Assembly (NCBI GenBank): GCA_046734875.1
Contig: JBKPSF010000035.1
Location: forward strand, 7,907-71,906
Direction of reading: 5' to 3'
Source of the DNA: Actinomycetota bacterium
Lineage (GTDB): Bacteria > Actinomycetota > Rubrobacteria > Rubrobacterales > Rubrobacteraceae
DNA: 64,000 nucleotides
The notes beneath the pieces were generated by a model, which was given only the letters and a program-made list of their open reading frames with translations, was not told the DNA's origin and did no database searches. Shown piece after piece: positions 19,484-30,463 of this stretch. Every line of letters starts with the position of its first letter. The stretch's first letter is position 1. A program made the position numbers and the translations under genes.

Positions 19484-20923
19484 GTGGCGCAGATACTCAT
19501 CAACGGGGAGCAGACCTCGGCAAAATCCGGCGAGGAGATGCCAATAGTAAACCCCGCAACGGAGGAAGAATTCGAGACGGTGCCGAAGGCGGGCCAGGAG
19601 GACGTCGAGGCGGCGGTCGCCGCGGCGAAAGTGGCGTTCAGGGAATGGTCGCAGAAGGACTCCGACGACCGCGCGGCGGCCATGCGGGTGGCGATAGCGA
19701 AGATAGAGGAGGACGGCAAGGAGATAGCGGGGCTGCTCACGCGGGAGCAGGGCAAGCCGTTCGCCGAGTCGATGGGGGAGCTGCACCACTTCCTGCACGG
19801 CATGAACTATTACGCCGACCTTGCAAGCAAGATCGAAGGCGTTTATGCGAACCTTCCTTCCGCGCTCGGAAAAGCGTACGGCATGGTCATAAAGAGGCCG
19901 ATCGGCGTGTGCGCCGCGATCGTACCCTACAACTTCCCCCTTACGCTGATGGGCACGAAGGTAGGCCCCGCGCTCGCCGCCGGTAACACCATCGTCGTCA
20001 AGCCGGCGGATACCACGCCGCTCGCCACGCTGCGGGTGGTGGAGCTGATGCAGGAGTCGGGGCTACCGCCCGGGGTCGTGAACGTGGTGACGGGTCCAGG
20101 CAAGGAGGTCGGCGAAGCACTCGCCACCCACCCCGACGTGCGCAGGGTAGCGTTCACCGGCAGCACCCAGGTCGGGCGCAGGCTCATGGAGATCGCCGCC
20201 CCCAAATTCAAGCGCATAAGCGCCGAGCTCGGCGGATCCGACCCCGTAATAGTCTTCCCCGATGCTGACGTCGATGCCGCGGTACGGGGTATCAACATCG
20301 GGCGTTTCTTCAACGCTGGCCAGGCCTGCCTCGCGGCCAAGCGGGTATACGTCTTCGGCGAGGTCTACGACGAGTTCATGGAGGGCCTCACCAAGAGGGT
20401 AGCCCGCTACGAGCTAGGCGACGGAATGGAGAAGGCCGAGAAGCCCAGGATAAGGATGGGCCCCCTCAACACCGCCAGGCACAAGGACCTCATCTCCGAC
20501 CAGCTCCAGGATGCCGTCGACGGTGGGGCCAGCATCGCCGTAGGCGGGGGTGGCGGCAAGGGCTACTACTTCGAGCCGACCGTCATAGAGAATGTCCCGC
20601 ACGACGGCCGCGTGGTGCGCGAGGAGACCTTCGGCCCACTCCTACCAGTCTGGAAAGTAGATGACGTGGACGGGGCCATAAGGTTAGCCAACGACTCGCC
20701 CTACGGCCTCGGCTCCTCCGTATACACCCACAACGTAAACTGGATCCACCGCGCCTCCCAGGAGATAGAGGCAGGTATGACCTGGGTAAACCAGCTCCAC
20801 TTCGGCTACGATGAGCTCCCCTTCGGAGGCGTCAAAGAATCAGGCATTGGCCGCGAACACGGCAAGGAAGCAATAGAGCACTACCTGGAGCAGAAGTCCG
20901 TAGTCGTGGGAGGATTGGAGTAG
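19484..20923 (+). CDS. Aldehyde dehydrogenase (copy 2)
   Basis: PYNFP, FTGS, AELGG, NAGQAC, EETFGP. Confidence 0.95.
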   Translation: MAQILINGEQTSAKSGEEMPIVNPATEEEFETVPKAGQEDVEAAVAAAKVAFREWSQKDSDDRAAAMRVAIAKIEEDGKEIAGLLTREQGKPFAESMGELHHFLHGMNYYADLASKIEGVYANLPSALGKAYGMVIKRPIGVCAAIVPYNFPLTLMGTKVGPALAAGNTIVVKPADTTPLATLRVVELMQESGLPPGVVNVVTGPGKEVGEALATHPDVRRVAFTGSTQVGRRLMEIAAPKFKRISAELGGSDPVIVFPDADVDAAVRGINIGRFFNAGQACLAAKRVYVFGEVYDEFMEGLTKRVARYELGDGMEKAEKPRIRMGPLNTARHKDLISDQLQDAVDGGASIAVGGGGGKGYYFEPTVIENVPHDGRVVREETFGPLLPVWKVDDVDGAIRLANDSPYGLGSSVYTHNVNWIHRASQEIEAGMTWVNQLHFGYDELPFGGVKESGIGREHGKEAIEHYLEQKSVVVGGLE

Positions 20924-20932
20924 GGTGGCACA

Positions 20933-21703
20933 ATGGCCGTAGAGTATGTGCGAGAAGGCAACATTGGGTACATCACGCTGGACAAGCCACCGGCCAACAG
21001 CTACGACCTGGCGTTCATGGAGGAGCTCTGCGGGTGTGTGCGCTCGGCCGCCGAGGACGGTGGGGCGGGGGCTGTGATCCTACGCAGCGCCAGCGAGAGA
21101 TTTTTCTCCGCCGGAGCGGACATAAAGGCCTTCAACGCCAACGACGTCGAGGAGAACATGGCCATGATCCGGCGGGCCCACGAGGCCCTCTCGGAGATGG
21201 CCCGTACCCCCAAAGTGTTCATCGCCCAGATCGGGGCTACTGCCCTGGGCGGCGGGCTGGAGATGGTCCTGGCCTGCGACCTGCGCTTTGGCGCGGAGGG
21301 CGAGTACGTAATGGGACTGCCGGAAGCAACCCTCGGGCTCCTGCCCGGCAACGGCGGCACCCAGCGCCTGCCGCGCCTTATTGGGGTGAGCAAGGCGCTC
21401 GACCTTATGGTGACGGGGCGTACGATCTCGCCCTCCAAGGCGCACGATTTGGGCATACTCGACCAGCTTTTCCCGGCGGATGAACTGGAAGAGGAGACTC
21501 GAACCTACGCCGAGAGGCTTGCTGGTGGGGCGTCCGAGGCGATCGGCTCCATAAAGCTTGCCGTATACGGTGGGATCGACAGACCCCTGGATGAGGGCCT
21601 TCAGACTGAGCGCACGCTTGTGGAGCCGTTGTTCGATAGCGAGGACGCCAGGGAGGGCATCTCCGCGTTTATGGAGAAGCGCAAGCCGGAGTTTGGCGGG
21701 TAG
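20933..21703 (+). CDS. Enoyl-CoA hydratase (PaaF-like)
   Basis: FSAGADI, GGGLE and LPE catalytic Glu pair, PGNGGTQRL. Confidence 0.9.
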   Translation: MAVEYVREGNIGYITLDKPPANSYDLAFMEELCGCVRSAAEDGGAGAVILRSASERFFSAGADIKAFNANDVEENMAMIRRAHEALSEMARTPKVFIAQIGATALGGGLEMVLACDLRFGAEGEYVMGLPEATLGLLPGNGGTQRLPRLIGVSKALDLMVTGRTISPSKAHDLGILDQLFPADELEEETRTYAERLAGGASEAIGSIKLAVYGGIDRPLDEGLQTERTLVEPLFDSEDAREGISAFMEKRKPEFGG

Positions 21704-21731
21704 GGATGCAACCCGGGAGAGGTGCGGGAGC

Positions 21732-22367
21732 GTGACGCAATCTGACAGTTTGATCCGGGCCTCCGACCATGACGCCGAGGCGCTGGCGCCGAAGCAGGCG
21801 CACCTGATCCGGAGCGCCTACAGGGTGATGGGCGAGAAGGGGATGAACGGCCTCTCCCTGCAGGACGTCGCGGACGAGGCAGGTGTGAGCAAGGCCATCC
21901 TGCCCTACTACTTCGATTCCAAAGAGAACCTGACGCTCCTGACCATGCGCTGGGTCCTGGCCCGCGTCGCCCAGCGCATCCGTGAGGCGATAGCGAAAGC
22001 AGATACCGCCGAGGAGAAGGCCAGGGCGATGATCGACGCCATTTTCGTGGGACCCGAGTCGAACCGCAGGTTCTACCTCGTCTTCTTCGACTTCCTGGGC
22101 TACGCGGCCAGGAGCGACAGGTTCGCCGACGTGAGCGCCACTTTTCACGACATCTGCAACGACCTCTACGCCGAGGTCGTGCTACTCGGCCAGAAGGAGG
22201 GCGTCTTCCGTCAGGGGGACGCGGGCGAAGCGGCGACGGTAGTGCGCGCCCTCGTAGACGGACTCTTCACACAGTGGGTTCAGGAAAAAGACTGGAAGAG
22301 CACGCACGAAAAATACCGCGAGACTTGCAAACGCTCTGTCCTGACCTACCTGACCGCCGGCGCGTAG
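21732..22367 (+). CDS. TetR-family transcriptional regulator
   Basis: SLQDVADEAGVSKAILPYYFDSKE HTH. Confidence 0.9.
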   Translation: MTQSDSLIRASDHDAEALAPKQAHLIRSAYRVMGEKGMNGLSLQDVADEAGVSKAILPYYFDSKENLTLLTMRWVLARVAQRIREAIAKADTAEEKARAMIDAIFVGPESNRRFYLVFFDFLGYAARSDRFADVSATFHDICNDLYAEVVLLGQKEGVFRQGDAGEAATVVRALVDGLFTQWVQEKDWKSTHEKYRETCKRSVLTYLTAGA

Positions 22368-22399
22368 ACGAGCCGCACACCCTTCGGCGCGCGGCGATG

Positions 22400-22546
22400 C
22401 TACGAGGGAAATTCGATCCTACGGTATATATCAGGAAAGGTGAGGAGCGTGTCAGGCGGCCACTCGAGGGAGACGTTCCCGTCCTCGACGAGGTTGTTGC
22501 TCCGCCAGTTTCCCGCCTCGTCGCGGAAGTGATGTGAAAGCCACCC
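22400..22546 (-). pseudogene. Possible C-terminal remnant of a Uma2/DUF820 endonuclease
   Basis: Hand translation HHFRDEAGNWRSNNLVEDGNVSLEWPPDTLLTFPDIYRRIEF* resembles Uma2 C-termini; no start seen. Confidence 0.35.
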
Positions 22547-22559
22547 GGGAGGACGCACC

Positions 22560-23486
22560 GTGGGCTACGTCTGCATCGACGGCGGCCAGACGAGAACGAC
22601 AGTCTCCGTACTCGACGAGAACGGGGCGCGCGCGAGCTCCTGGGAGGCTGACCCCCTCACCACGCCGTCCAAACCGGGGGCGCTGGAGGGGCTACGCGCG
22701 GTGGTCCGTGGGATCTGCGAAGAGTTGGATCGCAGGCTCGAGGACACACGCAGCACCATTTCGTTCCCGCGGGCCATGTGCTTCAGCCTCACCGGATATC
22801 TGGAGGGAGACGACCGTATCCCTGTACTCGTGGAGGAAGGGGTACGGGAGATCCTGCCCCGTATCGAACGGGTGCACACCGTCCCCGACTACGTGGGCAA
22901 CTGGGCAGCCGCGACGCGCGGGGAGCCCGGCGTGGTTGTCATCAGCGGTGGAGGAGCCGTGGCTTTCGGGCGTAACGCGGAGGGCGCCTCGCTCAGGGTC
23001 GGGGGATGGGGACATTTGCTCGGCGACGAGGGCAGCGGGTACTGGATCGGGCTGGAGGCCATCAAAGCAGCGCTCGGGTCGTGGTCCGGGGTCTCCAGCG
23101 AGACGCCCTTGGAGCGTGAGATCATGGAGAGGTTCCGCTCTTCGAACGACCTGGATCTCATAAACGAGGTCTACTCCGGCAATACCTCCGACGCCGACAT
23201 CGCCAACCTCGCGCCCCTCGTCGATTCCCACGCCCGGTCCGGGGATGGGATCTGCTCCGAGATCCTCGACCGGGCCGCCCGCCACCTGGCGAGGATCGCC
23301 GCCGCGGCCCTGGATAATCTAGGGGATCTACCCGTCTACCTCTCAGGCGGGGTGTTCGGCGCCGCGAGGATGCAAGAGCGTTTCGAGGGCGCGCTTCTCG
23401 ACCTTGGCCACTACAGCGCCGTCACGACCGTCGCCGCGGACCCGCAAGAAGGCATATTCCTGATCGCCCGCGACAGTCTCGTGTGA
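22560..23486 (+). CDS. BadF/BadG/BcrA/BcrD-family ATPase (N-acetylglucosamine kinase-like)
   Basis: [39 protein letters not shown]. Confidence 0.88.
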   Translation: MGYVCIDGGQTRTTVSVLDENGARASSWEADPLTTPSKPGALEGLRAVVRGICEELDRRLEDTRSTISFPRAMCFSLTGYLEGDDRIPVLVEEGVREILPRIERVHTVPDYVGNWAAATRGEPGVVVISGGGAVAFGRNAEGASLRVGGWGHLLGDEGSGYWIGLEAIKAALGSWSGVSSETPLEREIMERFRSSNDLDLINEVYSGNTSDADIANLAPLVDSHARSGDGICSEILDRAARHLARIAAAALDNLGDLPVYLSGGVFGAARMQERFEGALLDLGHYSAVTTVAADPQEGIFLIARDSLV

Positions 23487-23901
23487 GGAGATCTCCTCAG
23501 GCAGGTTCCCACCGGAGGAAGCGGCGCCTCCCTCACCGGCGTCGAGGGAGGCGCCGGTATCACCCCGACACAACCTGCCTGCCCCGAGGACCAGCTTCGT
23601 CGGCAGGGACCGTGAGCTCGAAGAGATCAGGCGCGCCCTTGCCACGACGCGCCTCCTGACCCTGACGGGTACGGGAGGCTCCGGCAAGACCCGCCTCGCA
23701 CTCGAGGTGGCGACCGGCCTCGTGAGTGCCTACCCCGGCGGAATCTGGTTCGTGGCGCTGGCAGGTCTCTCCGAACCGGAACTGGTGCAAGGGGCCGTCG
23801 CAAGAGCCGTGGGCGGGCGCGATCTAGAGCTGGGGCTAGGCTCCCGCTCCCAATTCGCCGCCTGGATGACCGAACAACAGGGGGCGGAAACTACGGCCTG
23901 A
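23485..23901 (+). pseudogene. Collapsed remnant of a SARP-NB-ARC-LuxR regulator
   Basis: [13 protein letters not shown]...[15 protein letters not shown]...GIWFVALA joined directly to [12 protein letters not shown] (LuxR HTH tail). Confidence 0.8.
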
Positions 23902-23990
23902 ACATTTTCGCGGCAGGCTACCCTGCTTCCAAGAAGATAGACTGCTCCACGGGGCTACCGCTCGACGATGTAGAGGCAACGTCCGTGAGC

Positions 23991-24134
23991 AAGAGCGGGT
24001 TGACCTACGACACCGCCAGCGGCCTGTACACCTACGTGTGGAAGACCGATAAGACCTGGAAAGGCACCTGCCGCGAGCTCAACCTCAAGCTGGCCGACGG
24101 CACCAACCATCCGGTGCAGTTCCGGTTTACGTAG
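23991..24134 (+). pseudogene. PxKF-domain C-terminal remnant
   Basis: GLTYDTASGLYTYVWKTDKTWKGTCRELNLKLADGTNHPVQFRFT*. Confidence 0.7.
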
Positions 24135-24196
24135 GAGCGCGTCGACTGGAAGGCCGGGGTGATGTTGCCTGCTATCCGGACCACGAGGGAGGACGG

Positions 24197-24788
24197 ATGA
24201 TGCGGCGAACAACCTTCTTGCTGGCGGCGGTATTCGTGGCCGCGTTGCTGGCCACCGGGGCGGCGTTGGCGGAGTCTAGCCCTGGCAAGAACGATCGCAC
24301 CGTAACTGTCATGACCTAGAACGTTTACCACGGCGTCAACGCGGAGTTGAATCGCGCGGCCTTGGCACGTACCTTCGGTGAGTTTCTCGTAGCTGCGTCG
24401 GCCATTTTCAACGGTTACCACGAGAGGAGCTTCCCGGAGTGTGCCTAGGGACATGCCCGTGGTGCTCCTCGGCGATCTCAACGCCAGAGCCGACGGCACT
24501 GGCACTTCGACCTACGCCGAGTTGCTCAGGCCCTCGATAGGCATCGTTGACGCCTGGACGGAGGCTGGCGGAGGACCCGGCTTCACCTGTTGCCAGGAAG
24601 ACGATCTGTTCCTTGCCCAGGGCGACAAGGTCGTGACGCTGGGTCACTACCTGTGGCGTGTGAAGGCCACCGAAGGCGAGTGGGAGAGCGACTTCGCCCA
24701 CCTATTTACCGTGCGCGACGGGAGGGTCACGCGGTTCCAGGAGTTCACGGACACCGGCGCCCTCTCACACGCCTTGGGCGCAGGCTGA
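24197..24788 (+). pseudogene. Secreted EEP-family phosphoesterase remnant fused to a SnoaL/NTF2-like remnant
   Basis: Signal peptide, VTVMT*NVYHG (in-frame TAG 24317), VVLLGDLNA, GFTCCQ, then GDKVVTLG...FAHLFTVRDGRVTRFQEFTDT. Confidence 0.7.
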
Positions 24789-24802
24789 ACAGCCGAGAAC
24801 GG

Positions 24803-24830
24803 GCCGGGACCGTAGCGGCCCCGGCTTTTT
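24803..24830 (+). terminator. Intrinsic terminator
   Basis: GCCGGGACCG-TAG-CGGCCCCGGC-TTTTT. Confidence 0.6.
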
Positions 24831-24953
24831 AGCAACGCGTCGCTACCGTTTGACGGGTTTCCGAGCGGGCCAGAGTGGCGTATTCGGGACCAGATTTCGC
24901 TTATCACCTGAAGAGCGCCAGGTCCCGAGGTTAACAGCGACATCTGCATAGCC

Positions 24954-26006
24954 CTACTGCGCCAGCGCCCGCGTCAGCTCCGCTATCGCCCCAGGATACC
25001 GGTACTGGATGCCCATGTGCGTACCCTCGAAGAGGTCGAGGCTATATTCGACGCCGAGCCCGTCCAGCTCCCGGGCGAAGGCCGTGGCCCCGAGGTCGAG
25101 GAACCACTCGTCGGATTTCCCGGCATCCAGGTAGATGCGTTTCATGCTCGCGAGCGCGTCGCCGTAATGCGACGCCATCCGCACCGGGTCCCACGCGAGC
25201 CAGCGTGCCCAGATTTCCTCGACGATACGGCCGGTCCCGATGTCGAACGGGAGGAGGGCCTTGCCAGGGTTCGCCTCGTCCGGCGAGTAGCAGGCCGCGT
25301 AACCGTACGTCTCGAACGGCTTGCCGAAGCGGTCGAAGTCCAGCGTCTCGGCCGCCCGGAACTTCTCGAAGAAAACGTCGAAGGAGTCGTCGAAGTCGTC
25401 GCGCAGCTTCCGGGCGACGGCGGGGAAATCTGGCGCGTAGCAGGCTTCGAAGAGCGCGTCGCCCGCGTGCGAGGCGAGAGCGCCAAACACGTCGGGCCGC
25501 AGCATCGGCACCACCATTGCCCCGTAGCCGCCGCTGGACTTGCCGGTGAGGCCCCGGTGATCCCGGCCCGCCGCCGTCGGGTAACGTCCGTCCACGAACG
25601 GCACGACTTCGTCGCAGAGGTAGTCCATGTACGGGCCCGTCGAGTCCGAGTTGATGAACTGGGATCCCCCGTAGCTCGTCCACGCGTCCACGAACACCAC
25701 GACCGCCGGGGGGCAATCGTTCGAGGCGAACATCTCGTCCAGCCTCTCGATCATCGTCGGCTCGGCGGGGAAGCGGTTCAGCCACATGTCGAGCTGGCCG
25801 GTGAAGCCCTGTATAACGTAGACGGAGGCGTACTCGCCGTCGTCGGCTACGCCCGGCGGCAGATAGACGTAGAGCGGCCTCCTTGCCGGGTCGCCGAGCG
25901 GATTGTCTGCCAGAAGCTCCGACTCGGCCGTGAGCGTATCCAGGCGTCCCCGGAGCGGCCGGTTCCAGGGTGCTCCGGGCGGGCCCTCGATGTCTCGCAG
26001 CGTCAT
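24954..26006 (-). CDS. Alpha/beta-hydrolase esterase (enterochelin-esterase-like)
   Basis: VYLPPG, GGSQFINS, GKSSGG nucleophile, LDAGKSDE, FEGTH. Confidence 0.88.
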   Translation of the reverse strand: MTLRDIEGPPGAPWNRPLRGRLDTLTAESELLADNPLGDPARRPLYVYLPPGVADDGEYASVYVIQGFTGQLDMWLNRFPAEPTMIERLDEMFASNDCPPAVVVFVDAWTSYGGSQFINSDSTGPYMDYLCDEVVPFVDGRYPTAAGRDHRGLTGKSSGGYGAMVVPMLRPDVFGALASHAGDALFEACYAPDFPAVARKLRDDFDDSFDVFFEKFRAAETLDFDRFGKPFETYGYAACYSPDEANPGKALLPFDIGTGRIVEEIWARWLAWDPVRMASHYGDALASMKRIYLDAGKSDEWFLDLGATAFARELDGLGVEYSLDLFEGTHMGIQYRYPGAIAELTRALAQ

Positions 26007-26143
26007 GGTTGGACCGCCCGCAACGCGAACTCGATCCCATCCTGCGCCTGTCTCGCCCTCCGGGAAGCCTTAGGCCGGCCTCGGAGCGTCTCAAGCCCAT
26101 ATTCCTGCAAGAGCTCCTTGCCCCGATGCTCGTAGAGATCCAA
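26003..26143 (-). pseudogene. Mini-ORF beginning with a succinyl-CoA synthetase beta-like N-terminus
   Basis: TTG start with GGAG RBS: MDLYEHRGKELLQEYGLETLRG resembles the SucC start; stops after 46 aa, overlapping the esterase ATG. Confidence 0.45.
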
Positions 26144-26329
26144 GAGAACGACTCCAGCGAAGCCCGCAACGACGCCCGGAATTATACAGGGGCAGGGGGT
26201 GGTTTGAGCCACAAGTCATCTCCGTGACGAGAACCGCGTCGACTTGCCGCCCGTACGGAATCGAGATCGTCGCCCCGGTTGATCGAAGATGTTTCGATAA
26301 CAGAACCGGAATGTACTAATATAGGTACG

Positions 26330-27622
26330 GTGAACGGCAAGGCAAGCATCACCGATGCCGGATACGGTATAAGGACCGAAAGGTCGCGCGAGATCGCGGA
26401 GCGGCTGGAGCGTTCGATCCCCGGCGGCAACACCCGTTCACTCGCCTACTTCCCTCCCTATCCGCTAACGATCTCCTCCGGCTCCGGCTGCCGCATCCAA
26501 GACGCCGACGGCAACGAGTTCATTGACCTCTTAAACAATTACACAGCCTCTATCCACGGCCACGCTGTGCCCGCCGTAAACGAGGCCATGAGAGAACAAG
26601 CGGCCCTCGGGACCGTCTTTCCCGCACCAAGCGAGTTACAGGCTGAGCTAGCAGAACGTATCGTCGACCGGCTCGCGTCGGTGGAGAAAGTACGATTTAC
26701 GAACTCGGGCACGGAGGCCGTAATGATGGCCGTGCGGGCCGCCAGGGCCTGCACCGGCCGGGAGAAGATCATCAAGGCGGAAGGCGGCTACGACGGCATG
26801 TGGGAGCAGGTGCCGATGTCCCTGCCGGACCACTCGGACCCGTACCGGGCGTCCATGCCCCAGGCGGTCCGCGACCTGGTGCGCATGGTCGATTACAACG
26901 ACGTCGGCCAGCTTGAGGCGGCGATGGAGGAAGGCGAGGAGGTCGCGGCGATACTTCTGGAGCCCGTCACGGGGACGGGCGTCTTCGAAGGGACCCCGGA
27001 ATACTTCGCCGCCGCGCGACGCCTGGCTGATGAGCACGGTGCGCTCCTGATCTGCGACGAGGTAATAACCCTCAGGCTCGCCTTCGGCGGCTACCAGCAG
27101 GTCTTGGGCGTCAGCCCTGACCTCACGACGACGGGCAAGATCATCGGCGGCGGCCTTCCCGTAGGCGCGTTCGGCGGCCGCGCGGACGTGATGGCGATCT
27201 TCGACCCCAGTTCTCCGCGCCACCTCCACCACTCCGGAACGTTCAACGGCAACCTCATGACGATGGCCGCTGGCTGCGTCTCGCTCGACCTCCTCACGGG
27301 AGAAGAGATACAGCGCATCAACGCCCTCGGCGAGCGCCTGGCCGACGGGTTGCGCCGCTCTCTTGCCGAGCGGCCCGACCTCCACGGCGTCGTGAACAAC
27401 TGCGGTTCTCTACTGCACGTCAACTTCGGGACGGAAAGCGAGCTCCGCAACTACTCCGACCTACAGCTGGACAGCCCCGTGGCGGCCAGGTTCCATCTTG
27501 CCGCGCTCGACGAGGGCGTCTACTTCGCACCCCGCGGCTTCATGAACACTTCCACGGCGATGGACGAGCGGGCGGTAGACGACGCACTGGAGGCATGTTC
27601 CCGCGCGATCGAACGAGTCTGA
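26330..27622 (+). CDS. Class III PLP aminotransferase (GSA aminomutase-like)
   Basis: RFTNSGTEA, LICDEVIT, GKIIGGGLPVGAFGG, HSGTFNGN. Confidence 0.9.
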   Translation: MNGKASITDAGYGIRTERSREIAERLERSIPGGNTRSLAYFPPYPLTISSGSGCRIQDADGNEFIDLLNNYTASIHGHAVPAVNEAMREQAALGTVFPAPSELQAELAERIVDRLASVEKVRFTNSGTEAVMMAVRAARACTGREKIIKAEGGYDGMWEQVPMSLPDHSDPYRASMPQAVRDLVRMVDYNDVGQLEAAMEEGEEVAAILLEPVTGTGVFEGTPEYFAAARRLADEHGALLICDEVITLRLAFGGYQQVLGVSPDLTTTGKIIGGGLPVGAFGGRADVMAIFDPSSPRHLHHSGTFNGNLMTMAAGCVSLDLLTGEEIQRINALGERLADGLRRSLAERPDLHGVVNNCGSLLHVNFGTESELRNYSDLQLDSPVAARFHLAALDEGVYFAPRGFMNTSTAMDERAVDDALEACSRAIERV

Positions 27623-27635
27623 AGCGTCGCACGCT

Positions 27636-30320
27636 CTACTCGGTTGCCGTTTCGTGAGCTATTCCATCTTCGTCGGCGTGGTTCGCGATGTCGGCGGCGC
27701 CTTCGAGAACGTCGAGGGTGAGCAGGCCGTCTTCTGAGCCGGCGATCACCTTGTCGCCGGGGTTCAGGGAGCCGCCGAGGACCATGCCGGCCAGCTCGTT
27801 GTCCACGCGGCGTTGGATGACCCGCCGCAAAGGCCTGGCGCCGAATTCGGGGTCGTAGCCCTCCTCGGCGATGAGGTCTACAGCGGCGTCGGTGAACTCG
27901 ACCTCGATGTCCTGGGCGTGCAGGCGGCGTTGCGTCTGCTCCAGGAGCAAACGCGCCACCTCGGCTATCTGCTCTCGGGTGAGCGCCCTGAACACGATGA
28001 TCTCGTCTATGCGGTTGACGAACTCGGGCCTCAAGTGGCTCCGCACTATTTTCATCACGTCTTCTTTGAGTTCGTCGAAGGATTCCTTCCTCCTCGAATG
28101 GGCCTGTATCCGCTCCGCGCCCATGTTGGAGGTCATGATAATGACGGTCTGCTTGAAGTCCACGGTACGGCCTTGAGAGTCGGTCAGCCTGCCGGCGTCC
28201 AATATTTGCAGCAGTATGTTGAAAACGTCTGGATGCGCCTTTTCGATCTCGTCCAGCAACAATACGCTGTACGGACGGCGCCTGACGCTCTCCGTGAGCT
28301 GGCCTGCCTCTTCATAGCCGACGTAGCCGGGTGGCGCGCCGACGAGGCGGCTCACCGTGTGGCGCTCCTGGAACTCGCTCATGTCTATGCGCACCATCGC
28401 GGCCTCGTCGCCGAAGAGGGCCTCGGCCAGCGTGCGCGCGAGTTCCGTCTTGCCGACGCCCGTGGGACCGAGGAACAGGAAGCTGCCTATGGGGCGGTTG
28501 GGATCACCTAAGCCGGCCCTGGCCCGCCTTATTGCTTCGGCGATGGCACCCACGGCCTCGTCCTGCCCGATCACGCGCTCGTGTAGCTGCTCTTCCAGGC
28601 GCATGAGCCTCTCGCGCTCCTCCTGGGTGAGTTGGCTCACCGGGATGCCGGTGGCGCGGCTGACGACCTCGGCTATGTCCTCGGCGGTTACCTCGGCAAC
28701 GGCCTGCCGTCCCCCCTTCACGGCTTCTAGCCTGTCCTGGGACTCCTGGATCTGACCTTTGAGTTCCTGGGCCTGCTCGAAATCTTCGGCCGATACAGCC
28801 TGGTCCTTCTCGCGCTTGAGGCGTCCGATCTCGTCTTCGAGCTCCCTCGTGTCGACCGGCTTGGTCTTGGAGCGCAGGCGCACCCTTGCCGATGCCTGGT
28901 CCACGAGGTCTATGGCCTTGTCCGGCAGGAAGCGTCCTGTGATGTAGCGATCGGAGAGCTCGGCCGCCGCGACTATGGCCTCCTCGGTGATCTTGACCCT
29001 GTGGTGAGCCTCATAACGGTCCTTGAGGCCGCGCAGGATCTCGATGGTGTCATCGACCGTGGGCTCGCCGACCAGCACAGGCTGGAAGCGTCGCTCCAGT
29101 GCTGCATCTTTCTCTATGTTCTTGCGGTACTCGTCGATGGTGGTGGCGCCGACCACGCGGAGCTCGCCGCGTGCGAGCGCGGGCTTGAGCATGTTGGAGG
29201 CGTCCATCGAGCCCTCCGCAGCCCCGGCCCCGACGACGGTATGCAGCTCGTCGATAAACACGATGGCGTCCTCGGAGTTCTCCCGGATCTCGTCTATCAC
29301 CTGCTTGAGACGCTCCTCGAACTGCCCCCGATACTGGGTGCCGGCGACCAGGCCGGCAAGATCTAGCTGCAGTACCCGCTTGTCTGCGAGCGTCTCAGGC
29401 ACCTCGTCGTTGACTATCCTCTGGGCGATGCCCTCGACGATGGCGGTCTTGCCGACGCCGGGGTCCCCGATCAGGACGGGGTTGTTCTTGGTGCGGCGGC
29501 TGAGGATCTCGATGGTGGTCTCGACCTCTTCGGCCCGACCTATTACCGGGTCCAGCTTGCCCTCCCTGGCCGCCTCCGTCAGGTCGCGGCTGTACTCGTC
29601 GAGCGTCGGCGTAGAGCTCGCGGGTTCACGAGTATCGCCGCCAGCCTCCAGGCCGCGCACGACGGCCCCGCGCAGCCTGGTGTGCGAGAGCCCGAAGCGC
29701 TGGAGGAGCCGTCCGGCATCCGACTCGTCGTCGGCAGCGAGGGCGAGTAGCACGTGCTCGGGGCCGATGTAGGATGCTCCCAAGGCTCGGGATTCGTCAT
29801 AGGCCGCGAGCAAAGCCCTCTTGGCGTCGGGCGCCAGGGTGGGGGAGACGTCCGTACGCCCTCCCTTCTGGGCGTTTTCATCGATTTGGTCCTTCAACGC
29901 ATCCGGGTCGGCGCCGGCCCATTCGAGCACGCGCCTCACCACCTTGTCTTCGAGCGCGGCGTAGAGCAGGTGCTCCCCGGTCAGATCCAGACTTCCCCAC
30001 TCGACCGCTTGCTGGGCCGCGCGCTGGAGCAGCTCGGTCGTGGCGGCGGAGAAGAACTGGGTAACGTCCACCTGTTCTGCCTGCCTCCGGGTGGCCTGGC
30101 CGCCGCCGGGACTCTCTTCCTCGAAGAACCTGTCGAAGAAGTCGTCGAAAAGGCTTCCGCCGCCCAAGGGTGATCTCCCAAACGGCGACCTGCCGCCCCT
30201 GGCCTCCGCGGCGTGCAGCTCGCAGAGGTACTGCACCGTCTGGCCCTCGCCCGGAACCGTACGCCTGACCGCGACGACGGCCGGTCTTATCCCGCAAACG
30301 TCGCACATCCTCGTGGCCAT
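27636..30320 (-). CDS. Clp/Hsp100 AAA+ ATPase, ClpG-like
   Basis: Two AAA modules ([16 protein letters not shown]), Clp-N repeats, UVR-like M-domain, N-terminal CxxC...CxxH, no IGF loop. Confidence 0.93.
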   Translation of the reverse strand: MATRMCDVCGIRPAVVAVRRTVPGEGQTVQYLCELHAAEARGGRSPFGRSPLGGGSLFDDFFDRFFEEESPGGGQATRRQAEQVDVTQFFSAATTELLQRAAQQAVEWGSLDLTGEHLLYAALEDKVVRRVLEWAGADPDALKDQIDENAQKGGRTDVSPTLAPDAKRALLAAYDESRALGASYIGPEHVLLALAADDESDAGRLLQRFGLSHTRLRGAVVRGLEAGGDTREPASSTPTLDEYSRDLTEAAREGKLDPVIGRAEEVETTIEILSRRTKNNPVLIGDPGVGKTAIVEGIAQRIVNDEVPETLADKRVLQLDLAGLVAGTQYRGQFEERLKQVIDEIRENSEDAIVFIDELHTVVGAGAAEGSMDASNMLKPALARGELRVVGATTIDEYRKNIEKDAALERRFQPVLVGEPTVDDTIEILRGLKDRYEAHHRVKITEEAIVAAAELSDRYITGRFLPDKAIDLVDQASARVRLRSKTKPVDTRELEDEIGRLKREKDQAVSAEDFEQAQELKGQIQESQDRLEAVKGGRQAVAEVTAEDIAEVVSRATGIPVSQLTQEERERLMRLEEQLHERVIGQDEAVGAIAEAIRRARAGLGDPNRPIGSFLFLGPTGVGKTELARTLAEALFGDEAAMVRIDMSEFQERHTVSRLVGAPPGYVGYEEAGQLTESVRRRPYSVLLLDEIEKAHPDVFNILLQILDAGRLTDSQGRTVDFKQTVIIMTSNMGAERIQAHSRRKESFDELKEDVMKIVRSHLRPEFVNRIDEIIVFRALTREQIAEVARLLLEQTQRRLHAQDIEVEFTDAAVDLIAEEGYDPEFGARPLRRVIQRRVDNELAGMVLGGSLNPGDKVIAGSEDGLLTLDVLEGAADIANHADEDGIAHETATE

Positions 30321-30463
30321 GTTCCCTCCTTCTCTACTCCAACCGCCCCATTATCGCGGATTCGATGTGCGAGCGTGGTCGCAGGAGGCGGCGGCCGGCG
30401 GCGCTGGCTACAATAAAAGATCCGCAACGGGGTGGCTAGCGTTAGCGCAAAAGGATACCGTCC

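Noticed and set aside
23931-23950. AAGATAGACTG after the collapsed regulator
   Set aside because: Position is suggestive of a decayed module but the match is too short to support.
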